Shown here: one piece after another, positions 25,820 through 37,308 of the stretch | Layout: each line of letters opens with the position of its first letter | Numbering within the stretch: position 1 is the first letter of the stretch | Assembly: GCF_000143415.4 (NCBI RefSeq) | Contig: NW_003314281.1 | Coordinates: 2,132,493-2,196,492 of the forward strand | Length of the DNA: 64,000 bases | Reading direction: 5' to 3' | From: Selaginella moellendorffii | Taxonomy: Eukaryota; Plantae; Lycopodiophyta | Notes under the pieces: model-generated | The model's input: only the letters and a program-made list of their open reading frames with translations | Told to the model about the DNA's origin: nothing | Databases searched by the model: none | Position numbers and translations under genes: made by a program

Positions 25820-26625
25820 AGCTTTGGATACTAGAGACACTACTTGGGTGGACATACCAAGGTTTATACGGATAGTAACACACTGAGCTACTTTGCTATG
25901 CAGCCTAAGCTTACGCCGAAGTAGGCTCATTGGCAAGAGAAGCTTGTTAAATATGATATTGAAATCATATATAAACTTGGTAAAGACAATATTGTTCCGG
26001 ATGCATTGAGTCATCAAGTTTAGTTCCGGGCAATATTGGCAATCAGTTTGGACTGGTTAGAGGACGTTCGGGTTTCGTATGAAAGTGATCCATTGGCAAA
26101 GGCAATCTTGCACTATGCAGAGTTGTCGAAGCAAGACGTTGGTAGCAAAGCGACGAAAGTTGCTAGTCGAACCAATGTGAAGCTTCACTTATCAGTTCAG
26201 GATGGGCTTATATTCTATAAGCAAGAAAGATTGTATCTTCCCTCTAAGGATCTGTAGCAATTGTTTCTGCGGGAACATCATGATGTTCCAGCAGTGGGAC
26301 ATGGTGGGAAGTGAAAAACTCTGGCTTCATTGAAAAAAGGATTTTTCTGGTCTGGTATGGAAGGTGATATAGTGGATTATGTTTGTTCCTGTTTTATATG
26401 CTAACAATGTAAGCGCAAAACTGATATACAAGCTGGAAAGTTGCAGTGCATTCCAGCACTGGCATGGCCATTTCAAAGTGTGACACTTGATTTCCTCACT
26501 TGGTTGCCGAAGTCTAAGGGTTATGATACTTTGATGGTGGTTGTGGATCGGTTGTCGAAGATTGCACACTTCATTTCAACTATGGAAACAGTGAATGCAA
26601 AGCAAGTAGCAAAGCTCTTTTGCCA
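25820..26625 (+). pseudogene. Degenerate Ty3/gypsy RNase H-integrase fragment
   Basis: YDIEIIYKLGKDNIVPDALS, HHDVPAVGH zinc-finger region, WPFQSVTLDFLTWLPKSKGYDTLMVVVDRLSKIAHF. Confidence 0.88.
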
Positions 26626-27754
26626 TGTAGTGTTAGGGCATGGCTATTGAGAGAGTGAGAGAGCGAGAGAGGGAATATTTTGATCCTCAGAATATTCTCT
26701 ATCTTCCTTGCATAAAACCCTTGCCTCATAAGGGCAAGGGGGGGCATTTTGGCAGAGAGCATTGAAGCATTTCTCATGTTTGAGTGAGCATTGGGGGAGG
26801 TGCCCCTCCTTCCCCCAACAAATGGTGAACCCGGCGTGACACGCAGCACTTTCTGAGGTGTCATTTCTCTCTTTTTCTTTTGGGCCGCAGAATTTGGGAA
26901 GGAATTCCTTGTTCATTTTGCAGTGGTTTTGTTTGAAATTAAGCTTGTTGGATAGATTTGGAGCTCCTCTTTCCAGCAAGGTATGGCACTTATCAAGCCA
27001 TACAATATTTGAAGAGATACAACGTTTCTTAGCTTGGTCAGAGGAACATTTTGGGGTGTTTTCACTTTCTCTCCTGGATCCTCGGCATAATTTCTCAAGG
27101 TAGTGCATTCGGGCTTGTAGATCTGGCCTAGATCTACAAGTAGTGGTGATTCTTGGTGCTAGATTTGGCCAAATTGACGGCATACAAAAAGATTTTCTTC
27201 TTTGGCTAGATTGGGTCATCTTTGCAGCAGGAATTTGTGTTTCTCCAGGCTTTGTTTTGGTTGCCGTTTGTTTCTAGAGGTGCTCATGGTCCTAGGCTTT
27301 CCGAAAATACCAACGGCGCCTTAGTATCGATCTACATCAGTGACATGCACATGTTTTTCCACAATATTGGTGTTCTGGGCTAACTCTTCGTGGATTTCAG
27401 GGGATATTGAGGCCGTGTCTTCACAAATTCTTGTGATAAGAGGGTAGAAGATGCTGAGCACTTTCCAACGATCCCACCAATAGTCAAAATGGTGAAGGAT
27501 CAAGACTAAAGGACTCATTTTTCTCTTTTGGGCTAAACTTTGTTGGACGTTACTTGGGAACGAAGCAATCTTCAAGGAACAGGTAGGCGTAGAAACAGGA
27601 ACAGAGGGAGCAAGAACAAAGGTTGGCAGAGGAACAGGGACAGTAGGAATAGGCGCAGGGATACGAGTTGGTCTTAGAGCAAGCGCAGGAGTAGGAGTGA
27701 GAGCAGGTGGTTATCGGTTATAGGTCCCCGGCTACTGGTTACCGGTTACCGGCT

Positions 27755-28000
27755 ACTGGCTATTCCAGCGGCTACTCCAGCAGCTACTTCAACAGTTACC
27801 CCAGCGGCTACTCCAGCGGCTACTTTAGCGGTTACCCCAGCGGCTACTCCAGTGGCTACTTCAGCGGCTACGAGTCAATGGTTACTCTAGCGGCTGCTCC
27901 AGCAGCTACTCCAGCAGCTACTCCAGTGGCTACTCTAGCGGCTCCTCCAGCGGCTGCTCCAACGGCTACTCTAGTGGCTACTTCAACGGCTACTCCAGTG
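27755..28000 (+). repeat. 12-bp minisatellite (CAGCGGCTACTC)n, degenerate
   Basis: Roughly 20 tandem variants upstream of gag. Confidence 0.85.
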
Positions 28001-28149
28001 ATCACCCTACAGGTTAATGGTTATGTGTACTTGAGGCCTACATCTCCCTCCATTTCGACCCTTATTTCTCTTCGTCATAGGCATGTTGGGCAACTATGAG
28101 CAACTTGAGCACTATCCTTGACCGGGCATTTGCAGTGTTTGGGGTATTT

Positions 28150-29799
28150 GATACCAGTACAAACTAGACGTGCGAAAAATTGGCACCCTTTTACCATATC
28201 TCAAGGCCCTAAGGTACGGAGTAAACTTTCTAATATCCAAAGGCAGCTTAGGTACAACATTGCACCTTCTCGGGCCAAGTCCTCTTCATCTTCGGCAGAT
28301 TCCAGTGACTTAGATCTACGAGCTATGGCGCAGCCACCTTTAGCTCAACCTCAGCTCCATGTTCTGTAGAGGGGCAGTGATCTGCCGACCTTTTTAGGTG
28401 TTGGAACAGTCTCTCCAACATTGCATATCAGTCACTTTGATTACTACTGCACCACAAACATGATCGTCGATGATGATCGTATGTGCCACGACTTCTTGCA
28501 GTCTCTCAAAGGCAAAGCAGCAACTTGGGCAGATTCTCTCCTTCTAGAGGACTGAACAGACTTCCAGACACTGCTTACTTCTTTTAGAGAACGTTTTGTG
28601 GAAGAAAAACCCACAAATCGGCTACTTGTCGACCTTTTTTCGTTCCGGCAGGGTGCTCACAAGTCTGTTCCTGACTACATCACCCGGTTTCAAGCATATT
28701 CGAAGTAGTGTTGGGATTGCAAAGTGGTCCAAGATGAGCAACAGGGGATCACAGCATTCACAGCAAGTCTGCATGGGAACTTGCAGCAAAAACTTCTTAA
28801 GAAGACATTCAGCTCTTGTCGCGAGGCATTTTCATTTGCCTCGAAGCTGGAAAGAGAGCTTCTTGTTGACTTGGGGATTGCTAGAGTTGATTTCGACCAA
28901 GCCATCACCCCATCAGAGTCACCTTGTGCACCTGTTTGCCCATACACAACAAAGCTCGTTGCTATTGAGCATACACCTCCGGCTATTAAGAACTTTGCCA
29001 ACGAGATGCAGCAGCTGAAGGAGATCATTCTTCAGCAACAATCACACCAGGACAAACTGCTCCAGGAGCTAGTGGAGTCCAGGAAAGAGGCCACTACAGC
29101 TCCAGAACGAAGATTTAAATCCCATTGGTGCACTCACTGCGAGACGAACACACATAACACATAGCACTGCTTGAAGCTTCACCTAGAGCTTCAACCTCCA
29201 CCTTCTCAACGTGTCCAATAGCATCCCTTCGCTAATAATTCCATATCGTCTCGGGGTCTAGAGACATATCAGGAGTAGTTGGAGTGACAAGCAACCCCTT
29301 CATCAAGCAAAGGCAAGGCACCAACCTCATCGGTCAACACAATTTTGGTAGTCGAGGAACACTATAGGCAGCAGCAGCAAACCGCAGCCACTTGAGCCCA
29401 AGCGAAGAAGAAGGCAGCTGCTCAGCCTGTCACAGATCCCCCGGCGCCGATTGAGAGCGAATCTCAGTTGGCATCAGGCCCAATGATACAGAGGGTGGCT
29501 TGTAAGCTCCCCTTCAAGTCACTACTCTCTTCTCCTCTAGAAATCTCACCAACAGCTATTCCTATTTTGGAGCCGGTTCTTCAACAGCTGGTTGACACTC
29601 CCATCACCTTTTCGCACCAAGATATGTTGTGTCTTGTCCCGGGATTCGGCCAGCGTTTAGAGGAGTTTGCACGGTCAGGAACACTAGAGAGCACTCTCAA
29701 GAGGACTCCTCAAGAGGTGCACATTGTCGACATGACAAGATATAGTGGAGATCCTGGCCTATTCTTTGTCCTGGTGCAGATTGGTACTTCCCCTTATAG
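28150..29799 (+). pseudogene. Degenerate gag to protease start of a Tat-like gypsy element, interrupted at 29800 by transposon copy 2
   Basis: Gag-like segments, zinc-knuckle remnant WCTHCETNTHNT; continues at 43331; uninterrupted homologue at ~48720-50400. Confidence 0.75.
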
Positions 29800-31049
29800 A
29801 AGCTCTATTTCGTTAAAGTGGGATTTATTCAGTAAAATGGGACTAGGTACAAATTTTCAAGTATTTGAAAATGACGTGAAATTATATGTTTTTTGTCCAG
29901 GGGCTAGACATATCTGGGGCATGGTGACTAGCGCGGTGACTTTATGTCCAGACTGAGTCCATCTGGTTGTATAATAAATCTCATTGTCAAGGTGAACAAG
30001 CCGAATCTGAAGCTAAAGAAGAGCGATGGCATGCGCGCACACACTATTTGTTTGTTCATTGAGCGTGTGGTGAGCTTTCCAAGATGAACATCATTCCTAT
30101 TAGCCAGACATATAACTTAATGGTGAGAACATTTAGATATTATTCAATGTTATCTTTTTCTAACGAATCTAATTGTGAAGGTGTAGCAAGAGGCATTGCT
30201 AGTCTGGAGAAGTCATTTAACTCATTTGACCCTTAGTGTATTTTCATGAAACTAAATAACATTCATATTATTAAGGAATTTCTCTAGTACCTTTTTTTTA
30301 CGACATAGAGGCTTGCATTTCTTTCAAAGGTGATTTAGTAAAAGGCCTGAGGGCACATGCCATTCTATTTCTCAGACCGGTATTAAGATATACTAGTGCA
30401 AAGGGAAAAAGGTATTTGGTGATCAAGTAAATGGCATGAGGGCACACGCCATTATAAGCCTAAGCGCTAGTGGACACCTCCTTTTTGGTACTCTCAGCGG
30501 TACTATCATCCTTCTCCGGGTCAGTTGTTTTGCTTTGGATTGTTGTCTCTGACGTTACTGGGGCGTTCTCGATAGTTGTTAATGTTGCCGTTTGTTCAGA
30601 AAAATGATCACCTGGAGTATAGTATGGGGAGTTTGGAAGACTTATATATTCTACATCTTCACCTATCTCCTTCTCCGTCTCCTTTTCTGCCTCACTTACA
30701 GATTTTGTGCTTGCCATGAGAACGCTCTTCACCCTAAAATATGGAGTTTGTTGTGTTATAAAAGGAAACCAACACACACGCTGCAAGGGAATGATGGTAC
30801 ATAAAGCACGTAAGCCCACAATATGGGTTTATGTGCCATTAATATGGGCCACACGCCATATTATTAGATTTATGCACGTGTGATTGGTAAATGCCTATGT
30901 CACATCATCTTTGTTTTACCTCACACACTATATCAAGCCTCCTCTGATTCAGATTCGGATTGTTCACCTTGAAATAACAAGCCTCCTCTGATTCAGATTC
31001 GGATTGTTCACCTTGAAATAAAATACATTAGAAACTTTGTAAAGGAATA

Positions 31050-34000
31050 TTAATGAATCTCACCTTGAACCCGAGTTATGAATGCTCTTGCTGCATCTCT
31101 TGCATGGTCTGGCAAGGTGATGGTGGCACTCTGCTTCCGCATCCAACCATGCACAACATTATCCACCGATATGCTCATGCTGGGATCCCTTGGATTCAGC
31201 ACCCATCTCTTTTCTAGGCAATCCTTCGTATATCCGGAACTTGGCTTGAACCACTCCACAGTTACATTGAAGGAGTTAGTTTCCGCGTCCTCCTCTGCAT
31301 CAGTGATGCAGCGCCCCACCCATATCATTTGTTTTTTATTACTGGGTCTGACAAGCACGACCATTCCTTTGCAGACCTGTACTGGATTGAATGCTGAATC
31401 CGGCTTCTTGTTCCTCGGCCCACAATAGTGATCCTCAACATCGTTATCTGTCACTGCATTTCCAGAGGACATTGTTCCGCTACTATCTGGTGCTCTGGGT
31501 TCTGGCCAAAAGGACTCTTCCAATTCTTCATATACAACCGGCCCATTTTGGATAGCAGATATAATCTTCTCCCAGTATTCGAGCAAAGGCTTGCACCTCT
31601 GAAAATAGGATTCTCCACCAAACACCAACCCCCTCTTCCAGAAGGCAATATGCTGTCTAATCCCGGCCACTATACTTTCCTGGTCTTTGAGTCCATCCGG
31701 GTGCATCGGCCGTGGGGAACCCTGAGGAATCATAGGTTCCCCAGTTATGGGATCTCTCTTGAAGAGTTCAATGCCGTCCACTGGCAGCCACACTGTGTCC
31801 CATTCTCTCATCTTGTACCTCATCACTGGAGCACCGTCACACATGCTGAAATGAAACTGAAGAGGCTTGGAGTGGCCAATCAGCGTTTCGGATCCATCCC
31901 TGATGTAGCCTCTTACAAACCCCTTAAAGTCTGGAACCTCTGTCAGAAGTGCAGCTTCAACAGTGCCTTTGATGCAATTTTGGAATTCATCGTAGAGTTG
32001 TGGGAGGGTGAGGACATTGGATCGCCGGAGGGACTCTGCCAGGTGACTGAACATGGCATCGACGTCTTCATGAGTGTGCCCAACCATGAGAAAGCCAAGT
32101 GTAACCGTTTCAAATATGCCTTTGGCAACAAGCATCGCCAAGTACGCGAAGACGTACATGTTTTTGTTCTCACTGCCAGCATTGTCTGTTTGGAGCAGAA
32201 GATGGGGTGGAAGGCCACATCGGCCGCAAGAACTTCCTTGAGATTCTGCTTCGTTTGGATGAGGCTGTGCATTCACCGGGCGACCAGCCTCGTCGGAATG
32301 GCATGAGGCCTCACGTGATAACCCTACAATCTGACGGCCAACATATTCACTGGGATGGCATGGGGCCCCATGCGATACTGCAAGCCTTTGCTCCTCCTCC
32401 AGCTGAACCCTGTATGGGGTTCGATCGACAAGGGCCTTATGCAAGGGTTGGCCATTCAGCTCAGTCTGCACACTTTGCAGAGACCTTAAGTGTTTTGCTA
32501 GGGACGCAATCATCATGTTTGCACCCCTGCCACCCCATAGAGGTACAAAGAAGTTCCCATAGTTCTGGGCACCATGCCCATGAGCGATTATGCCAAACAG
32601 AGACACAGGCAGCTGCATGGATGAAGAGATTGCCTTGGGGGCAGGATTGAGTCGAGGTAAGCACGTCTTTTTCTGGTCCATTTTGTCGTGGATGATGCAG
32701 AGGTAAGAGTCAGGTCTCTCCATGGAGAGAATCCTGTTATGATAATATGCAGTCCTGCAGCTTCTCTGCTCGATGTTGTGGTCGAGCCGCCTTCTAACCA
32801 ACGTCTCTCGCTCTTGAGCGCTGCAAGAATTCTTCGACAAAGCCATTTTGATAGCAGTGCACTCGTCACACTTTGAAAAGCTGGAGTACTTTCCTATACT
32901 CACATCCCTGAACCTGTTGCTCCACAATCTACTAAATCTAGATTGGCTCAGCTTCCTGTAGCCATTACTCTAGAGTTCCCGATTCACATCTTCCAATATG
33001 GCCCCCTTGGTATACATGGAAGGGAGAACTCGTTGGGTGTCTCGTGTTCCATCTTCCAAGAGGCGGGTTTTATGTGGTTGCTGCTCGCTACATGTCTCGA
33101 CAAACCTCTTGAAGATTGCCTCTCCATATACAACATGACCCCTGGTTTTGTGCGTACCGTCGTTCCCATGGACTGCCTGTTGAACCCTTTGTTCCTCGAA
33201 CTCAGTTTTGATTCTGTAGAATGTGCTTCGAGGGACTCCATAAATGATTCTCCATGCCTTCATGCAGACCAAACCCCTCTGGAAGACCATGCCCCCCACC
33301 TGATGTTCTGAAGCATCAACAGATGACCGTAATGCCTCATACACAAAATTGCGAGTTGCCTTCCAGGACAATGTCTTGTATCTTGCTCTCTCCTCTTCAA
33401 TAGCATCCCAATCAGCATGTTGACAGCACCTCCTCTTGCAACAAGCAACTGTCGAGACCATTCGAACCTCCATCGCCATTTTCTGCCTTTTCGGTTCGTT
33501 GCTCAGATCCCTTTGGCTGCGCTTTAGGAAGGTGTACTTTCTTTTCCCATGAAGAGATGTTCTGTCATCAGTTGTAGTGGTGTTTGATTGTGAATCCTTC
33601 ACATTCTCAAACACTAAGTGCCCCAATTTCCACCGCACAATGCTTCCAATAGTCAGACTGTTTTCTTCTGTGTCAACAACCTCTAAAATCGCAACTCCAA
33701 TATCATCCCAGCCCAATTCTTGATTAGCAACCGCATCTCTTGGATCGACAACTGTGGCTAAGCCCTCAGCTACCACCTCCCCCTCGGGGTTGTTTAGAAA
33801 CACTTTTGCCTGAATCCATGTAGCACGGTTCTTAAGATCCACGGAGGGAACATGCGTCGCACTTGCGCTGTCCCCAACATCTGCTTTCTTCTGAAGATTT
33901 TTCAAGGCAACAACAACATTTACCCGGACGACCATCTCTCCTCGTTCAATAGCGACCACATTCCCATCGAAGACAGTCTCTACTGATACAGCAGCATTGC

Positions 34001-34118
34001 CTTCCCCAAGCCTTTCACAGTGTATAACAAAGTTCCGATCCATAGACACAAGGGTCCCTTTTGCAACTCTCTTCCCACCATTCAAAATGTAAACCTTTTC
34101 CCCAACCCTGAAGGCCAT
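31050..34118 (-). CDS. Sola-like DDD transposase (~1020 codons) with two N-terminal En/Spm Tnp1-like repeats; one in-frame TAG at 32970-32972
   Basis: ORFs 34118-32970 and 32927-31050 are in one frame (REL*SNGYRKLSQSRFSRLW). Motifs CCKRRCC, CMKAWRIIYGVPRSTFYR, FSKCDEC, IIHDKMDQ, LQTDNAGSENKN, FLMVGHTHEDVDAMFS give an RNase H-fold D-D-D triad of the type I associate with Sola/DUF7869-like transposases. Confidence 0.85.
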
Positions 34119-34537
34119 TCTGAAAGTGCAGAAAAGAAGTTAAGACCATACAAAAAATGATTGGAGAATGGCCTAAATCATAACATACCAAACAACCTCA
34201 ATAGCATGAGGCCACATGCCATTATTCAAACATGCTATTGACACCCACGTGAAATTTCGCATTCACAAAATTGGCATGAGCCCTCATGCCATTAGTGGTA
34301 CCACTAATGGCATGAGGCCTCACGCTATCTTTGACCCCTGCTAGCCTGTTGCTATATTCCTTTTCCCTTGCTGCAACTTAATATATTTTTGTGTGCGTGC
34401 TATTGAGGTTGTTTGGTATGTTATGATTTAGGCCATTCTCCAATCATTTTTTGTATGGTCTTAACTTCTTTTCTGCACTTTCAGAATGGCCTTCAGGGTT
34501 CGGCATAAGGAATATCAATATAGACTAGCAGGGCACA

Positions 34538-34565
34538 AAGATGGCATGAGGCCTCATGCCATCTT
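34538..34565. promoter_or_regulatory. Perfect 28-bp instance of the element-wide palindrome (AAGATGGCATGAGGCCTCATGCCATCTT); candidate protein-binding site
   Basis: Self-complementary; ~25-30 variants per transposon copy. The binding function is inference. Confidence 0.6.
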
Positions 34566-37308
34566 GATATACACACAGCTCCGGGCAAGTAAAAACATAC
34601 TTGACAATACGCTAGCACTGAAATTGCAAGGGCCCAAGATGGCATGTGGCCTCATGCCATTTCTAAATGTGGTCCTAAGCCATTCCATGGTGAACATACC
34701 AGGAAGCACAAGTGCCGAATATCAAGAGGAAGCGGTAGCCACACCAAAGACAGTGCCGCTCGCAACACCGCAACTGCTCGTAGCGCCGCTCGCACAAACT
34801 GCCACTCGCATAAACTGCCGCTCGCAATGGCGCTCGCAATGCCGCAACCGCTCGTAGACGCATAAACCACAGCCCACAACGCCGCTTACACAAGCAGCGC
34901 TCACTGCGCTCAGCGGAACCAAGAACACGGCGCACAAAAATGATAGACCTAGGAATGAGTTCGAGAATTCAAAAATAACACACGCTTGAACGTCACATCA
35001 AATCCTCTGACAAACCAGATCTTATGATTCCTCTGACAAATTTCAAACTGAGTAGCTTCTAGACTTTGCTGTCGGAGGTTGAACTTTGTCACATCATGTC
35101 CTTGCCTCGATCCAGCTGTGCCATGTCAGTGATTCGAACTTTGCCATGCCATGTCAGCGATCCGCGCCAAGATTATTCGCCGTGTAAAGGAATAATTACG
35201 CTGTGTGTGTACGTCCATTTATGGCAATATAAGGCCACACGCCATTCAAAGAATAATGCTCGACATAAGGCCACACGCCATTCAAAGAATAATGCTAGTC
35301 GAGCATTTTTTGGTGCATTTTTGGGTTCAAAATTGCATGAGCCCACACGCTATAAAGTTTACCTGTACCAAAAATAGAAACAGCTTTATTTACTTGGGAA
35401 TTTAAGTGGTTGAGGCATTTTTAAACTTACAAACACATGCCCTACTTACATTCTTTTGGTTGCTTAAAATTCAAAAATATTATAAACCTTTCTTTTTGCA
35501 TTTTCAATGTTTTCAATTATGGTTTTTGATTTTCGTAGGACCAGCCTAGTAATCTATTTGCATCCCGTCATGTTTATAGCTAGCTTTCGTTTATCCCCTT
35601 CGCTAGCCTGAGATACATCTGCTCGGCATCTGCCTCTTACAGCATTTGCCCAGAAAGGGCATCTTTCTTCACGCAGCATTTGCCACATGTTTAGGGTTTA
35701 GGGTTTAGGGTTTAGGGTTTAGCAATTCAGTAGCTTGATAAACATGCAAATACAGAACTTGATGCAAAATCCTTTGATATGTCACAATGCCCCTAGGACC
35801 ATAAACACATTTCAATAGAGAGGGTCCTTTCATTTCATAACTCCTTACGTAGATCTTGGTGAAACCAGAGTTAGTGAAGTTAGTTTCTTGTAATCCCGCA
35901 TCTGATTGTGATGTCCCTTTGCAGTTTCGATGGAAAGGTCAATGCACACCAAACTGTGAAATCTTGGAGCAAAATAACGGTCGGATCTATGGCAAATGCC
36001 CCTGAAACATTGTAAGGCTCGTGTGGTCTCATGTGGTGTCCGATTGAGATGCTTCTTTGCAGGGTCATCAAGAAAGACATTGTATACCATTCTGTAAAAT
36101 CTAGTTGCGATCTAACGGTTGGATCTCCAGAAAACTCAAAAAACTCTCGCGCGTGTCAGAATATCCTAGGAATATACTCCTATGTGCCCCTGAAAATGGC
36201 ATGCGGCCCCACGCCATTCAAGAGATAATGCCAGATGACGCCGAGAATTTTTTGGTGCATTTTTTGGGTTCAAAATTGCATGAGCCCACACGCTATAAAG
36301 TTTATCTTTGCCAAATAGAGAAAAGTTTATCTGTGTCATGTGAGGTAGTTACAGTCTTTTGTGCTCGGCATCTGCCTCTTGCAGCATTTGCACTGAAAGG
36401 GAATTTTTCTCCATTCAGCATTTGGCCCTGAAAATGGCATGCGCCCACACGCCATTCAAGGAATAACGCCACAGGACGCCTGGATTTTTGGGTTTAAAAT
36501 GTTTAGGGTTTTTTGGGTTTTTTCAAAATATTTTGGGTCCAACGTTTTTTGGGTTTCTTTGGTTCAAAATTGCATGAGCCCACACGCTATAATATTGATT
36601 TGAGAGAAAAATAGAAACAGATAGAATTTCTTTATTTAGCTGAACATCTGCCATTTTTGGAAATACAAGATGCTTTGGAATATCCAATCATGCATGGTAT
36701 AAATATAGCGAGGGTATTAAATGATATCCCAATCATGATCTTTCTTTTGGATTTCGCGTGCATGCAGTTCGAGGAATGATGACGTTGCGGATTTCTTTTG
36801 GATTTTGCGTGCTTGCATGCGCGCGGCAATCCAGAAATTAATGGTGGCGCCCAAGTCCGAGGAATGATGACGTGGCGGGATTACCAACCGTTGTGACATT
36901 TCGCGCGTGTGAGGTTAGGTTTTGCATTTTGCTTTGTACTCGCGCTCGCACACTCGCGCTCGCGCTCGCGCTCCCGCTCGCATCGCGCTCCCACTCGCGA
37001 TCACGCTCACTTCTCTACAGGTTTCTCGTGTGCATCGGCGTCCACTCGCGCTTGCATCACACTCGCGCTCGCATCGCGCTCGTGTGCATCGGCATCCACT
37101 TCAAGACACACCCAGTTTGTAACTTCGCCGCCAACTCCGCCGCCCACTCCACCACCCACACGCAGCCCACTTGGCGTCCCGGGAGATTTCAGCACCACTC
37201 TCCAACTGTAAGTGGCAGAGTAGCCTTGCTGCTACGATCCGCTGCACACACAGTGCACATTCGCCAGCGAGTCCGGCCTCGATTGTCACGGCCTCCATTC
37301 GGCTTCAA

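Noticed and set aside
29468-29956. 162-aa ORF (and the 283-aa ORF at 43220-44071)
   Set aside because: Chance read-through across transposon/gypsy junctions.
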